DNA of 64,000 nt from Nitrososphaerota archaeon. GTDB lineage: Archaea > Thermoproteota > Nitrososphaeria > Nitrososphaerales > Nitrosopumilaceae. The position numbers were made by a program, and so were the translations under genes. Shown in pieces: positions 60,162 through 64,000 of the stretch. The notes beneath the pieces were generated by a model that saw only the letters and a list, made by a program, of their open reading frames with translations, did not search any database and was not told where the DNA came from. Position 1 is the stretch's first letter; each line of letters begins with the position of its first letter. Location: positions 452,727 to 516,726 of the forward strand of contig JAGWFT010000001.1 in the NCBI GenBank assembly GCA_028867755.1. Reading direction: 5' to 3'.

Positions 60162-61701
60162 AAGCGGTTTTGCAGATTTCTGTTACTGGATATGGGATGG
60201 GTTAGAGAGAACTGTATTTATTGGCACAAAATTCTCATTTCCAGCTAGATTCGTGAGTCCATTTGGATTCCTTGGAATGATGACATTTGTCATGTTCATA
60301 ATACTGGGAGTCACTGGTGCATTGCTGATGTTCTATTATGAACCGATATTGGATAGGGCATGGGACAGTGTAGCTAAAATCAACAATACTGTTCCATATG
60401 GGTTTATGATCAGAAATATTCATTATCATGCATCAAACGCAATGGTTCTTCTTGCAGTTCTTCACATGTATTATCAGTACTTTAGTGGAAGATACAAAAT
60501 AAGAAATGAGATCATATGGGTAACAGGAGTTGTACTGGGTACAGTAACCATTCTTGAAGCTTTCACTGGCTATGATATAATTTTCAGCGAACGTGCAGAG
60601 CTGGCAATTAGTATTGCAGCCTCACTTACTAATTCTATGCCGGTAGTAGGACCTACAATACGTGATGCAATGTTTGGCTCTGGCTTTGCAGACTTTATAC
60701 TAAGATTCTATACACTACATGTCTTCATTCTGCCAGTAGTAATGCTTGGGCTGATGGCAGTGCACATGCCTAGATTCCTAGTATTTGACGTACCAATGGT
60801 GATGGCAATTTCTGGTGCAGTGTTGATAACAGGCGGAGTGTTTCCAGTTGACTTGGGCTCAAAGTTCCAGCCCACTGTACCACCAGGTATAACAGTACCT
60901 GAATGGTATCTTACGGGAATCTACGCTTTCCTTAGAACACAATATGACAAATTTGTAACTGGAGTTCTGTGGCCAGGTGTATTTATTGTAGCGATAGCTA
61001 TGACGCCCTTCATTGATAGATACAAGAAATTCTCTTGGAAAGACAGGCCAATAGTTACAGCCTTTGGAATAACTGGTATAACCCAAGTCATGGTCACAAC
61101 TTATTGGGGATTTTATATCACGCCGGATGTTACAAAACCACTAGTTGCAAGACTTGTGATAGATCCGGTATTTTTCTACTTGATAATGCTACTTCTTGTA
61201 CCAATTGGATTTGGATTTTCATACATGATGATATTGCTTGCCAAGGAAGCAGAGAGAAAGGCAAAATTAGCCGCTTCAAAAGAACCTCATAAAACAGCTC
61301 AGATAAATTTCTCAGGCAAATGGATAAACTGGCTCATCATTGCCCTCTTGGTATTTCAAGTGTACATTAACATCGCTGCATACAATGCCGCATTATCTGG
61401 TATGAAGAACTTCTCGCTATTCTTGGTAGGGCTAGGTCTTATGGTATTTGCTGGTTTGTTCCATCTCTATAGGCATGGTCTAAATGAAGCAAAAAAGGCT
61501 CCAAGTCAACCTCCACAACCACAGGCAGAATCTCCAAAGTCATTAGGAGGGCCTGAACAGTCAGGAAAAGTTCCTCCAAAGGAAGAGTCTGGAAAACTTA
61601 CTCCACCTCAAGCACCTGCGGTTGCACCTGAAATAAAAGCAGCAAGCCCAGATAATTTGAAAGATCCTGCAATTGGTAAATTCGACCTTAAAAATCCATA
61701 G
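60139..61701 (+). CDS. petB: cytochrome b (b/subunit IV fused) with extra C-terminal helices
   Basis: Heme His ligands in RNIHYHAS...LHMY and LHVF...VHMP; PEWY Qo motif; Pro-rich C-terminal tail. Confidence 0.94.
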   Translation: MVVSLKRRSGFADFCYWIWDGLERTVFIGTKFSFPARFVSPFGFLGMMTFVMFIILGVTGALLMFYYEPILDRAWDSVAKINNTVPYGFMIRNIHYHASNAMVLLAVLHMYYQYFSGRYKIRNEIIWVTGVVLGTVTILEAFTGYDIIFSERAELAISIAASLTNSMPVVGPTIRDAMFGSGFADFILRFYTLHVFILPVVMLGLMAVHMPRFLVFDVPMVMAISGAVLITGGVFPVDLGSKFQPTVPPGITVPEWYLTGIYAFLRTQYDKFVTGVLWPGVFIVAIAMTPFIDRYKKFSWKDRPIVTAFGITGITQVMVTTYWGFYITPDVTKPLVARLVIDPVFFYLIMLLLVPIGFGFSYMMILLAKEAERKAKLAASKEPHKTAQINFSGKWINWLIIALLVFQVYINIAAYNAALSGMKNFSLFLVGLGLMVFAGLFHLYRHGLNEAKKAPSQPPQPQAESPKSLGGPEQSGKVPPKEESGKLTPPQAPAVAPEIKAASPDNLKDPAIGKFDLKNP

Positions 61702-61756
61702 CGTATCAGTACAACGCGTATACTTTATAAGACTATTAAAAAAAGATCACGACTAG

Positions 61757-62230
61757 TTGAGCGTTCCAACATCAAGCCACGCATATGGAATAGCATTGAT
61801 TGCAGTTATAGTGGGAGCAGCAGTTGGCATTTCGTACTATCAACAATACTATATTCCAGAATTTAATGCCAAACCAATCATTTCAGAGAAAATTCTACAA
61901 CCTGGTAGTACTACAAATATAGTCATAGTTCCTGGAGCTGAAAACCCACAACAACAACAGAATTTTGTGCCAAATAAAATTACAGCTCAACTTGGTGTAA
62001 GTAATATAGTAGTCTGGAAAAATACCAGTGATTCAGCTGCACATACAGTTACACCAGATAAACCCTTCAAAGATCTATACAGCGGTGCTTTTGGTTCAAA
62101 CGGTGTAATACTTCCTGGGAAAACATATCAATTTCTCTTCACGCAGGAAGCCCAAATCACATATCATTGTGATCCACATCCATGGATGAAAGGCGAGATT
62201 GACGTAGTTCACGGCGCACTAACATCCTAG
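61757..62230 (+). CDS. membrane-anchored cupredoxin (plastocyanin/azurin-like)
   Basis: N-terminal TM; type-1 Cu ligands in AAHTV and YHCDPHPWM. Confidence 0.92.
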   Translation: MSVPTSSHAYGIALIAVIVGAAVGISYYQQYYIPEFNAKPIISEKILQPGSTTNIVIVPGAENPQQQQNFVPNKITAQLGVSNIVVWKNTSDSAAHTVTPDKPFKDLYSGAFGSNGVILPGKTYQFLFTQEAQITYHCDPHPWMKGEIDVVHGALTS

Positions 62231-62258
62231 CAAGCCATAAAAAATCCAAATCTATAAC

Positions 62259-62609
62259 TCAAGGAACTAATTTTACAAAAAGAATTACACTTTCTATCTC
62301 TTTGTGTTCCTGTATTATTGAAGCTCTGAACTTCACATCATGGGGTTCTTTTGGTTCAAACTCGATTGAAGCTGTGAATTCTACTGAATTTTGTAACATA
62401 TCATTTCTATTGATAAATAGGCGTGAGACATTTTGTGAAATTGTCTTGTTATTGTATGATCTATAAACTATGAGTTCATTAGAATTCAATATCTGTGTAT
62501 TTACAACCACCCCATCATATCTACCAGGATAATTTACTTGAATTCTGGCTTTGATTATTTCATGAGATTTAATGTTTGAATTTTCTAATTCTAGCTCTAT
62601 ATCTTTCAT
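62259..62609 (-). CDS. conserved hypothetical protein
   Basis: Likely start MKDIELELE at 62609; the upstream ORF extension to 62753 is low-complexity and unconvincing. Confidence 0.65.
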   Translation of the reverse strand: MKDIELELENSNIKSHEIIKARIQVNYPGRYDGVVVNTQILNSNELIVYRSYNNKTISQNVSRLFINRNDMLQNSVEFTASIEFEPKEPHDVKFRASIIQEHKEIESVILFVKLVP

Positions 62610-62882
62610 AGTATGAGTCCAAATTTGAAGATAATAAATTGTAGTAATGCTATAATTTTTTTTAAAATAATGTTCCAAAACCATGTAATCTCGAAAGGTT
62701 AGATAGATCAGTTTTGGTGTGTTTGCACAATTTTTGATTTTGGAGTACCACACAAATCTGTTGGTTCTTGATTAACAGTTAGATCAAATCCAAGATTAAG
62801 CCCATTTTTTCCAAACTGGAACCCAAAAAGCACTTGGATTTCCACCGTCTTCTTAGGCAATAGACTGAAAACTCAAGATTGT

Positions 62883-63653
62883 ATGAACTTGTTTCGAGCA
62901 TTGATTACGTCCATGTTTTTGGTTACCCTGATTGGTGCCAATACCACAGCTTTTGCTGTTTCCTCACCAACAATGTTAAGCATACAACCAAGTCACAAAA
63001 TGATTGATGTTAACAACATTGTACCTGTCATTTGTTATCTTAGTCCTACGATAATCAAACCAAGTGAGAATCTATCTATCAAGGTCTTTGATCCCTTGGG
63101 ACAATTGTATTATTCTGATTCTCTTAATCTGACTAACAACGCGGTTGCAGCTGGTACCTATAACTATGGTTTTGATTTTAATGGAAAACCTGCAGCGCCG
63201 GGAAATTATGAAATCATGGCATCATACGGTTCCTATGATGCTGAAACACTTGTAACTTACCTTTCGGGAAACAATGATCCAAATGTCTATTATTCATATC
63301 TTGTACAAATTGCAGACCAGACTCACCCTATAAGATATAAAACTACTCAGGGAAGCGAAGTAGAATCCATGTCTGTCACTCCAACTTCAAACTTGTTACA
63401 AGTTGTTGTTGACTCAAGTGTGGATAACGGCACATTGATGCTCGAAGTTCCTAGATCTGTGACTGATGCTAAGCAAAACGGTAATGATGTTAATTATGTA
63501 GTATTGATGAGCCAAGGAACAATAGTTCTTTCCAAGACTCCAGCGCATTTTACAGAAATAAATAGTTCCTTTGATACCAGAACCTTGCAGATTGATCTTG
63601 AAAAAGGCATAAAAGAAATTTGGATATACGGTACACAAGCAGGATCACAATAA
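62883..63653 (+). CDS. exported hypothetical protein resembling the body of thaumarchaeal PEFG-CTERM proteins
   Basis: Signal peptide; C-terminal module LQVVVDS...GTLMLEVPRSVTDAK.NG.D..YVVL...RTLQIDL..G..EI.I.GT. Confidence 0.7.
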   Translation: MNLFRALITSMFLVTLIGANTTAFAVSSPTMLSIQPSHKMIDVNNIVPVICYLSPTIIKPSENLSIKVFDPLGQLYYSDSLNLTNNAVAAGTYNYGFDFNGKPAAPGNYEIMASYGSYDAETLVTYLSGNNDPNVYYSYLVQIADQTHPIRYKTTQGSEVESMSVTPTSNLLQVVVDSSVDNGTLMLEVPRSVTDAKQNGNDVNYVVLMSQGTIVLSKTPAHFTEINSSFDTRTLQIDLEKGIKEIWIYGTQAGSQ

Positions 63654-63688
63654 AATTAGATGTAGTAATCTTCAAGCAACTGATTAAA

Positions 63689-63763
63689 CGGGCCCGAAGG
63701 GCTTCGATCCCTTGACCACTGGATTAGAAGTCCAGCACTCTGTCCATGCTGAGCTACAGGCCC
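63689..63763 (-). tRNA. tRNA-Arg (TCT)
   Basis: GGGCCTG/CGGGCCC acceptor stem, CTGGA-CTTCTAA-TCCAG anticodon arm, T arm AAGGG-ATCGAAG-CCCTT. Confidence 0.92.
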
Positions 63764-63798
63764 AACTACCGGAAAATTAGTAGCCATATTAAGGGTTT

Positions 63799-64000
63799 TT
63801 ACAACCATTTTTTTTTGTTGAGATCTCTTTCCATTTTGAAAAGAAATTGTTGTGAATATCCAGCATAAGGACCAAAATATTCTACAATTTTTTCGTGTAG
63901 ATGTGTATATTTTTTTTCTGTTAGAGATTTTCCATGTGTGATATCAAATATTTCTGGATAATATTTTTGTAAAATTCTCTGTGTCCATCTATCTATGGGA
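63799..64000 (-). CDS. HhH-GPD DNA glycosylase (OGG1/AlkA-like), C-terminal part
   Basis: Manual translation PIDRWTQRILQKYY...EYFGPYAGYSQQFLFKMER..KKKWL*; PIDxW catalytic-Asp region and GPYAGYxQQ motif. Confidence 0.8.
   Translation of the reverse strand, partial: PIDRWTQRILQKYYPEIFDITHGKSLTEKKYTHLHEKIVEYFGPYAGYSQQFLFKMERDLNKKKWL

Noticed and set aside
61490-61701. Pro/Glu-rich repeat-like tail of cytochrome b
   Set aside because: It is low-complexity and presumably disordered, with no exact DNA repeat unit.
726-63638. Numerous 60-250 aa ORF-track entries antisense or out of frame to recognised genes (e.g. 726-1022, 1295-1603, 27319-27909, 29206-29643, 35997-36761, 40203-40688)
   Set aside because: They lie wholly within well-supported genes on the opposite strand or frame, have no recognisable motifs, and show the Ser/Ile/Phe-rich composition typical of shadow ORFs.
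1-64000. CRISPR array, integrase, transposase or provirus
   Set aside because: No regularly spaced repeats, terminal inverted repeats, recombinase motifs or duplicated tRNA 3' ends (att sites) were seen by eye.

Overview
A 64 kb, AT-rich, gene-dense core-genome segment of an ammonia-oxidising archaeon (Nitrososphaerota/Thaumarchaeota, Nitrosopumilales-like). The taxon is inferred from gene content: gatDE, tiaS, dph2, csl4, pelota, cdc48, tetraether synthase, and a cupredoxin-linked Rieske/cytochrome b module. It holds a his operon (G-D-C-HAD-B-H-A-F-I, no hisE), a class II HMG-CoA reductase, thrC followed by a ubiquitin-like/E1 fusion, grpE-dnaK-dnaJ, an SRP RNA and four tRNAs (initiator Met with two introns, Leu-CAG, Arg-TCG, Arg-TCT). 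It also holds a roughly 9 kb surface-glycan island between the tetraether lipid synthase and mtnA/DUF59-PqqD, and a large membrane-anchored S8 protease. No CRISPR array, integrase or transposase was seen. The best leads are a DUF59-PqqD(RRE) fusion plus mtnA that may support the radical-SAM tetraether synthase, an unannotated 51-aa Cys/His-rich protein behind a TrmB-DtxR pair, the Ubl-E1 fusion with an internal GG, two complementary defective nucleotide-sugar dehydrogenases, and the doubly intron-split initiator tRNA. All calls come from motif recognition only; no database searches were run.
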